This document shows positions 49,657 to 61,600 of a stretch of DNA of 64,000 bases, one piece after another. The position numbers and the translations under genes are program-made. The notes beneath the pieces were generated by a model. That model ran no database searches. It was not told where the DNA came from and was given only the letters and a program-made list of their open reading frames with translations. Source of the DNA: Eledone cirrhosa (taxonomy: Eukaryota). Position 1 is the first letter of the stretch. Every line of letters begins with the position of its first letter. Where the stretch lies: NCBI GenBank assembly GCA_964016885.1, contig OZ024743.1, forward strand, positions 212,474,001-212,538,000. Reading direction: 5' to 3'.

Positions 49657-51438
49657 ATGGCCGAAGCTTCTTCACCAAAATTCGAAGGAGGAAAGGGGAA
49701 GGTAAACTTACAGTTTCCCCCTGCCACTGTCACAGTAGCAGAGGTCAAGAAGAAAGGTCAGCCAGAGGAAGAATTCTCTCCACCTGTTAACCGACAACTT
49801 GACGTTGCCATGGCAACAACCCAAAGAACCAGCAGCAACAGCAACAACAACAATGCGACGGACGAAAACAACACCAATAACAATAACAACAACAACAAGA
49901 CCAATAACGGTGACAACAACAACAATGATAACAACAACACCACCAACGACAACAACAACACAAACAAACAAAATTTCTCCTTCGCCGAGACGACAAGTAA
50001 AACCCTCGACTATCTGCCAGTAGATATAACCAAAGCGAAGGAGCTACTGGCAGATGCGAAAAAATATATAGTGTACGGAGAAAATGGTTCATTCACAATC
50101 CATCCCCCCCCGGAACTAAAAAGCCAGAGACTCCTAAACACGGTCATGTTTAGGACAATCTCGAACAAAAGTAAAAAACCAGCTCAACCATCACAGAGTG
50201 AGATAGAGCTGGTTTTAAAAGACGTCATGAAGGACATCACCTTCATTCAGAAGGATAGACTCTACGGGAGTCTATCCATTCTCATGAAGGACAGGGACAC
50301 AGCAGTGAAACTGTCCATCAAACCAATCACATCCACCGCATACACCTTCTACCCTACGTACATGGGTAGAAGAACACAAAAAATAAAAATCCACACCATC
50401 CTGCCGATTATGGACATATGGTGGGTTTTGACAGGTTTTCTGGACCTGGAGGATGACATGCTGGTGTCCATGGGAAAGGCATCGGGTGACGCGTTCAGTG
50501 GAACGAGCCTCGAACTTGTAGTTCAAATGAGGCCCGAAAGGATCGCCCAGATCCCTGAACGCGTCATACTGGATGATCTAACCTTCATCAACATTACCGT
50601 TGAGGGTAGACGGCCCTCGTGTTACCTCTGCGGAACCAGAGGTCACCCGAGGGCTGTCTGTCCCCAACTTAATAAGAAAACCCCAATCCTGCCTACACCA
50701 CCAACAACTGCACAACCAACACAATCACCACAACTACAACTACAAAAACAACCACCACAGCTCAAACCAAAACAAAACAATGTCCAACCCATCCCCTCCA
50801 CTCAAAAAACAAAAACAATTTCCAAAACACCCGTACCGCAAACACAACCCGAAAATATACCCCTCCCCTCCAACGCGGAAGATGACCCTAGTTCGTCGTC
50901 AGACGAGGAGGAGCACTTCCACACAATCAAAAGAAAAAAAAGAAAACACACCTCAGACACACAAATGAAAACAACCCCTCCCCAAAACATAACACTGACA
51001 CCAACACAAAAGAGCTCACAACAACAGCAAACAAAAAACACCACACAAAAACAAAAACATGCATACACATACATAAACACAAGAAACAAAAAACTGTTAA
51101 ACATTGTGTACAACAATCTAATAAAAACACAAGGGCCTAACTTCACCCAGGCAGGGGATTTCCCCCACCTCAAAATGATTAAGGCCCCACAGGACACCTA
51201 TAAAACTTTAAAAAACAATTTTAAAGAGGACGTGGGTCCCCCCTGCGTCGGGCCCATTAACCGCGTCCTCCTAAAAAACTATCCCACGCCCTCCCCAAAC
51301 ACCCACACAACTCCAAGCTCCCCAACCACACACCACACTGATGCCCCTACACTTCCACAAACCACCACCCCACCCAACAACCCATCCCCCACCCTAATGG
51401 AAATTGTTCAGCCCGATACCCGGGACGCAGAGAGGTAA
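49657..51438 (+). CDS. LINE ORF1 (593 aa), poly-Asn tract and CCHC zinc knuckle
   Basis: Uninterrupted ORF; CYLCGTRGHPRAVC; basic KRKKRK motif. Confidence 0.9.
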   Translation: MAEASSPKFEGGKGKVNLQFPPATVTVAEVKKKGQPEEEFSPPVNRQLDVAMATTQRTSSNSNNNNATDENNTNNNNNNNKTNNGDNNNNDNNNTTNDNNNTNKQNFSFAETTSKTLDYLPVDITKAKELLADAKKYIVYGENGSFTIHPPPELKSQRLLNTVMFRTISNKSKKPAQPSQSEIELVLKDVMKDITFIQKDRLYGSLSILMKDRDTAVKLSIKPITSTAYTFYPTYMGRRTQKIKIHTILPIMDIWWVLTGFLDLEDDMLVSMGKASGDAFSGTSLELVVQMRPERIAQIPERVILDDLTFINITVEGRRPSCYLCGTRGHPRAVCPQLNKKTPILPTPPTTAQPTQSPQLQLQKQPPQLKPKQNNVQPIPSTQKTKTISKTPVPQTQPENIPLPSNAEDDPSSSSDEEEHFHTIKRKKRKHTSDTQMKTTPPQNITLTPTQKSSQQQQTKNTTQKQKHAYTYINTRNKKLLNIVYNNLIKTQGPNFTQAGDFPHLKMIKAPQDTYKTLKNNFKEDVGPPCVGPINRVLLKNYPTPSPNTHTTPSSPTTHHTDAPTLPQTTTPPNNPSPTLMEIVQPDTRDAER

Positions 51439-51462
51439 GTGCCTTTTCTCTTCACCACCAAC

Positions 51463-54400
51463 ATGGCTATGCTAAGAGTAGGCTGTTTAAATGCGCGTGG
51501 CCTGGGCTCAACTTGGAAGCAAGCAATGCTTCTAAATGACCTCAGGTCACAACGTATAGATGTGATGGTTATTTGCGAGGCCCGGATCAGCAACGTGCGA
51601 CAGCTGGCCCCCACTTTTGATGACTTTGAGATGCACGCATCTCTCTGTCAGCCCGGAGGTGGGGGTGGAGTTGTCGTTCTGTTGCAAAAACATCTGGATC
51701 TCGCAACACAGATGGTACATTTGGACCCGGAGGGTCGACTAGTGGTTCTGGACCTTGGCAGTGGTAAAGGCGGAGCGTTTAGGTTGGTAGCCGCCTACGG
51801 CCCTTTCGGGTCAATGCGGCCGGACTTCTTCCATCGTCTGGAGACTTTTCTAGGGACGTCCCGCTCCTTGCTATTAGTGTGGGACTGGAATGGTATCCTA
51901 GATGCACGCTGGGACTACGTAGGGGCCTGTCCCGATAGAGAGGGGTGTAATAGCCTCAAAGGGTTAATCGGTCGATTTGACCTGGCCGATAGATATCGAC
52001 TAGATTTTCCGACTGCGCCAACCTGGACTTGGGCAAATCGTAGCGGAACATCTAGGTCGTACCTAGATAGGTTCTTAGTTAGAATTAAGGATAAGGACTT
52101 TTTAAGTTGTCCAAAAATGCGCATGGTTGGCTATTCAGACCACAAATTAGTGACCTGCATGGTCAACCTTGACAGAACTCATAGACAGGGACCCGGTTAC
52201 TGGAAGCTCAACTTGTTCTTACCGGCAAGTAAGGCTTACAGGAACCGGATTAGCACTTTAGTTAAGGAGCGGTTGACGGGCGCCATCGTCAACAGCAGGT
52301 GGTGGGGATCTCTCAAAAGAGAGATTAGAGTAGTCTCTATAGAATTTAGTAAGGAGTTAGCCTCCAATAGACATAGGAAGGAAAGGGACTTGGTAGATAG
52401 TGTAGAAGAGGCAATTAGAAGCGGCGACGTGGCCAGAGTGCTAGCGTCGAGAACGGCCCTGGGCCAGTTCTTCGACGCGAAACACGAAGGCTGCATCGTC
52501 CAAAGCAAAATACGTGCTCTGGGAAACGAGGGGACCAAAGCTGTTAGCTGGGCCCGCGTGACAGAAGCCAAAAGAGGGAGCAGATCCACTATCCGGTCTT
52601 TGCGAGACCAGGATGGACGGGTGATCCTTGAACCTAAGCAGATGTGCGAGGCTTTTCAAAAGCACTTTGCCGAATTGTTCGGAAGGGGCGGGGGGCCGGT
52701 TGGGGACGTGGACTTCGGTCCATACCTCGACGGACTGCCGCGTCTCTCGGACAGGGAGGCGAAGTCCTGCGAGGAGCCGATTTCAGCCGCTGAGATAGAG
52801 CACGTGCTGAGCCAATGCGGCAAACGCAAATCCCCGGGTCTCGATGGTCTTCCATACGAACTATATCTAGCTATGCCGGACTTGTTCCCCGAACTCCTCG
52901 AGGCGGTCTACTGCAACTGGCGACAGAACGGGAGAATTCCCTGTGCTGTGACCAAGGGCGTAGTCACGCTAGTGAGGAAGGACGAGAACAAGGGGGACGA
53001 TATAAATAATTTCAGGCCCATAACTCTGCTAAATACAGAGTTACAGATTTTGGCCAAAGTGCTAGCAAAGAGGTTGGCGCTTGTCGTGGGCAACCTGGTG
53101 GGAGATGCGCAGACATGTGCTATCCCGTCCAGGTCCATCCACGATAACCTCCACCTCATGCGATACATCATAGAGAGGGTTGGGAACGAACCCGGCTTTG
53201 GTGGGGCCCTGATCAACTTGGATCAATCTAAGGCATTCGATAGGGTCGACCATGGTTACCTGGATGCGGTGCTAGCGGCGGCAGGCTTCGGACCCGTTTT
53301 CAGGGGCTGGATCAATGCCATCCACAGCAGCCGCATCTGCTCTAGGGTCAAGGTGAACGGCTATCTCTCGGAGCCGTTCGAAATCGCGCGGTCCATCCGA
53401 CAGGGGTGCCCTCTCTCCTCCCTTCTGTATGTAGTGACTCTAGAGCCACTGCTGCGGAAGTTGGAGTTGTTGCAGGGCATCCCGTTGGAACCGGGATTGC
53501 GGAAAGCGGTGTCAGCCTAAGCCGATGACGTAACAGTAATGGTGTCGACGGCCTCGGAAATCGGGGCGATCGGCACCTTACTGGAGGAGTACGAAAGGTT
53601 TACAGGGGCTAAGCTGAACCGGGACAAGTCGATCGGTCTGCAACTTGGCACGTGGAGGGGCAGATCGATGCCCTCCGATGGCGTCGTCGGGCGCTGGACG
53701 GAGGGCCCGGTGAAATTGCTCGGGGTCTGGTTCGGACCAGACCTCCAGGTGGAGAAGAACTGGGGTGAGGTGACGAGCAGGGTGTTTGCACTGACCCAGA
53801 AGTGGGCCGAGTGCAAACTGTCCCTGAAAGGTCGGGCGGAGGTGGCGAACACTTATATAGCGTCCGTCATCTACTACCGCCTGACCGTGGTGCCTTGCCC
53901 AAGGGAAACGCTCGCCAAAATGGAGCGCGCACTCTTCCAATTCCTTTGGAAGAAGCGGGCTCCTATGGTGAGGAGATCCATCTGCTGTCAACACCCTTCG
54001 AAAGGAGGGCTGGGGATGCTGTGGCTGATGATACGTAAACACGCATTAAGGCTACGGCACCTTCAGGTATTCCTCTCCGGTCAACCGGTGTGGGCCCCGT
54101 TTGTGAGGCGAGCCTTTCCCAGACTCGTCTCACTCACCGAGCTGCAATCCTGGGTCAAGCAAAGACCGAGAAAACTGGGCGCCTGGCACACCGAGTGTGC
54201 CCAGGCGCTCACGGCTCTCTGGCAGGTGGACCCGGCTGTCAGTGGAGAATCCACCTCGTCATTCTATAGAGGGCTGGTGGTTAGCAGGTGCGACGACGCC
54301 CTCGGAGAAGCCCTAGGCATAGAGGAAGACGAACTGGCCAACCTGTTCGGTAGGACATTCAGCCCGGGACCCATGGATAACTTCCAGAGGTCCCTGGCCT

Positions 54401-54900
54401 GGCAATGCTACAGAAGGGCTCTGCCCGTTCGAGAAAGGCTCTACAGACACGGGCGCCCGGGTAGGGACCCATCGAAAAAGGTCTGTCCCAGATGCGTGTG
54501 CGACGAGGAAACCGTTGCACACGCATTGGTACACTGCTCGGGCATTGCCGATCTGTGGGGCTATGTCGAACAACTGCTGTCAAGGGTGGGACCGATCCGG
54601 TTGACCACCGAGTCTATTGTAACGATCAAGCCGCCTCCCCTCTTCAAAAACGAAGGAGAGGCGGTGTTTCTGTGCGTAATAGCCATGGCGAAAGAGGTTG
54701 TATGGTGGACGCGTCTGAAAGGACTGAGGTCAGACACCTTTCTCTCTGGCCAACAACTGGTCCGTTTCTTCCGATATCATTTCGGAAGAAGGATCAGGAT
54801 GGAGAGAGAGGTGCTGCACCCCAGCCGTTTCTATGAAAGATGGGTGAAAGTGGCGAGAATGGCCCGTGTGAATGGGCCTTCACTCTACATCAGACTATAG
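51463..54900 (+). pseudogene. LINE ORF2 (APE-RT-zinc finger) with one nonsense codon
   Basis: One frame from ccaccaacATGG to TAG at 54900, except TAA at 53518-53520 replacing the Tyr of YADD; C-terminal CPRC..EETVAHALVHC. Confidence 0.92.
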
Positions 54901-55179
54901 GTGAGGAAGATGAAAGACCAAGGGAGCACCCCTTCTCTGTGCTCCTGAGGTGAAGGGTTGCACACTTTTTTCGGGGGTGTGTGCGACCCCCCAAGGCGCC
55001 TCCTCTCTATTGAGGACTTTGTTATAAATTTTATTTTTTGTTATATTTTATTTTATTTTTATATATTGTTATTGCCTCCTCCTTATTGAGGACGCCTTGT
55101 TTTGTAAACTCCCCCAATTGTACTTGTCCCACTTTTGATGCCCTGGGGGCAAATAAAAGAAACATATCTATCTATCTAT

Positions 55180-58100
55180 AGATAGTTCACTTGGACCCAG
55201 GGGGTCGACTAGTGGCTATCTATCTATAGATAGTTCACTTGGACCCAGGGGGCCGACTGGTGGTGCTGGACCTTGGCAGTGGTGAAGGTAGAGCCTTTAG
55301 GCTGGTAGCCGCATATGCCCCTTTTGGGACAGAGCGACCCGACTTTTTCCAGCGCCTGGAGTCTTTTCTAGGGACGTCCCGTTCCCTGCTCTTAGTGGGG
55401 GATTGGAATGGTATCCTGGATGCACGTTGGGACTATGCAGGGGCATGTCCCGATAGAGAGGGGTGCAACAGCCTCAAGGGGTTACTCGGCCGATTTGACC
55501 TGGCCGATAGATTTCGACTAGATTTTCCGACGGTGCCAACCTGGTCTTGGTCAAATCGCAGCGGATCATCTAGGTCGTACCTAGATAGATTTTTAGTTAG
55601 AAATAAGGACAGGGACTTTTTAAGTTGTCCAGAAATGCTCATGGTTGGCTACTCAGACCACAAGTTGGTGACCTGCATGGTCAACCTTGATAGAACGCAT
55701 AGACAGGGCCCCGGTTACTGGAAGCTCAACTTGTCCTTGCCGGCAAGTAGAGCCTACAGGGATCGGATTAGTACGTTAGTTAAGGAACGGTTGACTGGAG
55801 CGATCGTCAACAGCAGGTGGTGGGTATCTCTAAAGAGAGAGATTAGAGTAGTCTCGATAGAATTTAGTAAGGTTCTAGCTGCGGATAGGAATAGGAAGGA
55901 AAGTGAGCTAATATATAGAGTAGAAGAGGCAATTAGAAGCGGCGAAGTGGCCAGAGTGCTAGCGTCGAGAAAGGCTTTGAGCCAGTTTTTCGACGCGAAG
56001 CACGAAGGCTGCGTTGTCCGAAGAAAAATACGTGCTCTAGGGAACGAGGGGACCAAAGCTGTTAGCTGGGCCCGCGTGACAGAGGCCAACAGTGGAACTA
56101 AATCCACCATCCGGTCTTTGCGAGACCTGGATGGACGGGCGATTCTTGAGCCTAAGAAGATGTGTGAGGCCTTTCAAAGGCACTTTGCCCGACTGTTCGG
56201 GAGGGGCGGGGAGCCGGTTGGGAATGTGGACTTCGGTCCATACCTCGACGGCCTGCCGCGTCTCTCGGACAGGGAGGCGAAGTCCTGCGAGGAGCCGATT
56301 TCGGCCGCTGAGATAGAGGACGTGCTGAGCCAATGCGTCAAACGCAAATCCCCGGGTCTCGATGGTCTTCCTTACGAATTATATCTAGCTATGCCGGACT
56401 TGTTCCCCGATCTCCTCTAGGCGGTCTACTGCAACTGGCAACAGAACGGGAGGATTCCCTGTACTGTGACCAAGGGCGTAGTCACGCTAGTGAGGAAGGA
56501 CGAGAACAAGGGGGACGAAATAAGTAACTTCAGGCCCATAACTATGCTAAATACAGAGTTACAGATTTTGGCCAAGGTGCTAGCAAAGAGGTTGGCGCTT
56601 GTCGTGGGCAACCTGGTGGGAGATGTGCAGACATGCGCTATCCCGTCCAGGTCCATCCATGACAACCTCCACCTCATGCGATACATCATAGAGAGGGTTG
56701 GGAACGAACCCGGCTTTGGTGGGGTTCTAATCAACTTGGATCAATCTAAGGCGTTCGATAGGGTCGATCATGGTTACCTGGATGCGGTGCTAGCGGCGGC
56801 AGGCTTCGGACCCGTTTTCAGGGGCTGGATGACTGCTATGCACAGCAGCCGCATCTGCTCTAGGGTCAACGTGAACGGCTACCTCTCGGAGCCGTTCAAA
56901 ATCGCGCGGTCCATCCAACAAGGGTGCCCTCTCTCCTCCCATCTGTATGTGTTGACTCTCGAGCCACTATTGCGGAAGTTGTTGCAAGGCATCCCTTTGG
57001 AACCGGGATTGCGGAAAGCGGTGTCGGCCTACGCCGATGACGTGACAGTAATAGTGTCGACGGCCTCCGAAATCGAGGCGGTCGGCACCTTACTGGAGGA
57101 GTACGAAAGGTTCACAGGGGCTAAGCTGAACCGGGACAAGTCGATCGGTTTGCAACTCGGCACGTGGAGGGGCAGACCGATGCCCTCCGATGGCGTCGCC
57201 GGACGCTGGACGGAGGGCCCGGTGAAGTTACTCGGGGTCTGGTTCGGACCGGACTTCCAGGTGGAGAAGAACTGGGCGGAGGTTACGAACAGGGTGTTTG
57301 CACTGACCCAGAAGTGGGCCAGTTGCAAACTATCCCTGAAAGGTCGGGCGGAGGTGGCGAACACCTATATAGCGTCCATCATCTACTACCGCCTGACCGT
57401 AGTGCCCTGCCCAAGGGAAACCCTCACCAAGATGGAGCGTGCGCTTTTCCAATTCCTTTGGAAGAGGCGGGCGCCTATGGTGAGGAGATCCATCTGCTGT
57501 CAACACCCTTCGAAAGGAGGGCTAGGGATGCCGTGGCTAATGATGCGTAAATACGCATTAAGGCTACGGCACCTCTACGTATTCCTCACCGGTCAACCGG
57601 TGTGGGCCTCGTTTGTGAGACGAACCTTTCCCAGACTCGTCTCACTCACCGAGCTGCAATCCTTGGTCAAGCAAAGACCGAGAAAACTGGGCGCCTGGCA
57701 CACTGAGTGTGCCCAGGCGCTCACCGCCCTCTGGCTGGCGGATCCGGTTATCAGTGGAGACTCCACCGCAACATTCTATAGAGGGCTGGTACGCAGCAGG
57801 TGCGACGACGCCCTCGGAGAAGCCCTAGACATGGAGGAGGACGAACTGGCCAGCCTGTTCGGTAGGACATTCAGCCCGGGACCTATGGACAACTTCCAGA
57901 AGTCCCTGGCCTGGCAGTGCTACCGAGGGTCTCTACCCGTCCGAGAAAAGCTCTACAGACACGGGCGCCCGGGTAGGGACCCCGCCAAAAAGATTTGTCC
58001 CAGATGCGTGTGTGACGAGGAAACCGTTGCACACGCATTGGTACACTGCTCGGGCGTAGCCGATCTGTGGGGCTATGTCGAACAACTGCTGTCAAGGGTA

Positions 58101-58678
58101 GGACCGATCCGGTTGACCACCGAGTCTATTGTAATGATCAAGCCGCCTCCCCCCTTCAAAGATGAAGAGAGGCGGTGTTTCTGTGCGTAATAGCCATGGT
58201 GAAAGAAGTTGTATGGTGGACGCGTCTGAAAGGACTGAGGTCAGGCACCTTTCTCTCTGGCCAACAACTGGTCCGTTTCTTCCGATATCATTTCGGAAGA
58301 AGGATCAGGATGGAGAGAGAGGTGCTCCACCCCAGTCGTTTTTATGAAAGGTGGGTGAAAGTGGTGAGAATGGCCCGTGGGAATGGGCCTTCTCTTTACA
58401 TAAGCCTGTAGGTGGAAAAGAGGAAGGAACGAGGGAGCACCCCCTCTCTGTGCTCCTGAGGAAAAGGGTTGCACACTTGTTTCGGGGGAGTGTGCGACCC
58501 CCCAAGGCGCCCCCTCTCTATTGAGGATTTTGTTATAAATTTTATTTTTGTTATATTTTATTTTATTTTATATATTGTTATTGCCTCCTCCTTATTGAGG
58601 ACGCCTTTTTGTGTAAACTCCCCCCTTTGTACTTGTCCCACTTTTGATGCCCTGGTGGCAAATAAAAGAAACATATCT
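55180..58678 (+). mobile_element. 5'-truncated L1/Tx1 LINE (subfamily B), second in the tandem
   Basis: Starts inside the APE domain; stop at 56418-56420; frameshift near 58170; complete 3'UTR ending aataaaagaaacatatct. Confidence 0.95.
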
Positions 58679-61600
58679 AACTCTTTACGATGGACACATG
58701 TGCTGAGCTCGCTCGGTAAGTTTCGTTTAAATTTATCCGGAAATTGTGAACTGTAAACTTTCATTTTTGTACCATTTTGTAGAGGGACTGCCAGGTCAAA
58801 TTTTGATCTGGTCGGTCTCTCAAAATATTCTGCGCCTTTGGGCGAAATAGTATTGTAAACATTTTATCTTTCGAAAAATTTCGAAAAACCCTATTTTGAG
58901 AAAAATGGCTGAAGCATCTTCACCAACAATCAAAGAAGGAAAGGGGAAGTTATACTCACAGCTTCCCCCTGCCACTGTCACAGCAGCAGATGCCAAAGGC
59001 AGAGGTCAGCCAGAGGAAGAATTGTCTTCACCTGTTGACCGACCACTAGATGTAGCCACAACTATACAAGAAACTGAAAACAACAACAACAACAACGACA
59101 ACAACAGCAACAATAAAGACAACAAAAACAACAACAACACAAACGTCACAAGTATCCACACACCAAACGAGAAAGACAACAACAACAACAAAGATGAAAA
59201 CAACTCAAACGACGAGAAACAAAACAATACAAACACCAACAACGAAAACAAAATATCTTTTGCACAAACGGCTAAATTATCAGTCACGTATGTGCTTGAA
59301 GATATTTCAAATGCTGGAAAAAGCCAAGAAATATATATCTTTTGGCGAAAACGGTTCGTTTTCTATAAATTCACCTCCAGAACTAAAAAAACAGACGGAA
59401 TTACGAACTGTCGTATTCCGTACAATTTTAAATAAAACAAAAAAACCAGCACAACCATCTCAAGCTGACATTCAGTTAGTACTGAAAGAAGCGATGAGAG
59501 ACTTCACTTTCATACAAAAGGATTAACTATTGTGGAGGGTAGGCGTCCCTCCTGTTACCTCTGTGGCAATAGAGGTCACCTGAGGGCTGCCTGTCCCCAG
59601 CTCACACAGAAAAAAACACTGCTACCAACACCAACACAACCCCAACAACAACAACAAAAACAACCACAACAACAACAACAACAAAAACCAACACCACCAC
59701 CACCACCACAACAACAACAACAACAACAAACACGTGAAAAAATAACACAGAATACTGTCCCACCCAAATCCCTCCCCACCCAAAACAAATACAAAAACAC
59801 ACACACCGCAAACACTACCAGAAAACATACCCCTCCCACCCAACAAGGAAGACGAACCCCTTTCGTCGCAAGACGAAAAAGATCCCTTCCAACAAGTAAA
59901 AAGAAAGAAGAGGAGACGCACCACAGACACACATGTTAACTTTAACCCTCCCCAAGAGAACACAAACTACACACAAACCACTCCTCCCTGTCACACAACA
60001 CTAACTGCTACACAAAAAAAGACCTTACAATATACATACATGAACACAGACAACAAAGAATTACTGAAAACAATTTCAGCAAACCCTTCGGTCCAAACTG
60101 AAGGGCCTAACTTTATAACTGCTGTGGGACTACCTCATTTAAATATGATTAAAGTCCCAATGAACTTTTACAAAACACTGAAAATAAATTTCACGGAGGA
60201 CGTGCCCCTCCCCCCCCCCCCCTGCGCCAAACCAATCAACCGCGTCCTCCTAAAAAATTTCACCCCCCACCCCACTCAGACACCCACTCAACCACAAACA
60301 CCCCAACCCCACAACACACTGATGCCCCTTCACTTCCACAAACCACCACCCCACCCAAAAACCCATCCCCAACCAGCATGGAAATTGAGCGGCCCGTTTC
60401 CCGGGACGCAGAGAGGTAAGTGCCTTTTCTCCTTACCACCAACATGGCTGTGCTAAGAGTAGGGTGTCTAAATGCGCGTGGCCTGGGCTCATCTTGGAAG
60501 CAAGCAATGCTTCTAAATGACCTCAGGTCACAATCTATAAATGTGATGGTTATCTGCGAGGCCCGGATCAGCAGCATGCGGCAGCTAGCACCCACCTTTG
60601 ACGACTTTGAGATGCACGCATCTCTCTGTCAGCCCGGAGGTGGGGGTGGGGTTGTCGTTCTGCTGCAAAAACATCTGGGCCTTGCAACACAGATAGTTCA
60701 CTTGGACCCAGGGGGTCGACTGGTGGTGCTGGACCTTGGCAGTGGTGAAGGTGGAGCCTTTAGGCTGGTAGCCGCATATGCCCCTTTTGGGACAGAGCGG
60801 CCCGACTTTTTCCAGCGTCTGGAGTCTTTTCTAGGGACGTCCCGTTCCCTGCTTTTAGTGGGGGACTGGAATGATATCCTGGATGCCCGTTGAGACTATG
60901 CAGGGGTATGTCCCGATAGAGAGGGGTGCAACAGCCTCAAGGGGTTACTCGGCCGATTTGACCTGGCCGATAGATTTCGACTAGATTTTCCGACGGTGCC
61001 AACCTGGTCTTGGTCAAATCGCAGCGGATCATCTAGGTCGTACCTAGATAGATTTTTAGTTAGAAATAAGGACAGGGACTTTTTAAGTTGTCCAGAAATG
61101 CTCATGGTTGGCTATTCAGACCACAAGTTGGTGACCTACATGGTCAACCTTGATAGAACGCATAGACAGGGCCCCGGTTACTGGAAGCTCAACTTGTCCT
61201 TGCCGGCAAGTAGAGCTTACAGGGATCGGATTAGTACGTTAGTTAAGGAACGGTTGACTGGAGCGATCGTCAACAGCAGGTGGTGGGTATCTCTAAAGAG
61301 AGAGATTAGAGTAGTCTCGATAGAATTTAGTAAGGTTCTAGCTGCGGATAGGAATAGGAAGGAAAGGGAGCTAATAGATAGAGTAGAATAGGCAATTAGA
61401 AGCGGCGACGTAGCCAGAGTGCTAGCGTCGAGAACGGCTTTGAGCCAGTTTTTCGACGCAAAGCACGAAGGCTGCGTTGCCCGAATTAAAATACGTGCTC
61501 TAGGGAACGAGGGGACCAAAGCTGTTAGCTGGGCCCGCGTGACAGAGGCCAACAGTGGAACTAAATCCACCATCCGGTCTTTGCGAGACCAGGATGGACG

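Larger units (their letters stand above)
49437..55178 (+). mobile_element. Full-length L1/Tx1-clade LINE (subfamily A)
   Basis: 5'UTR, ORF1, ORF2, structured 3'UTR and AATAAA, with (TATC)n at both flanks. Confidence 0.95.
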
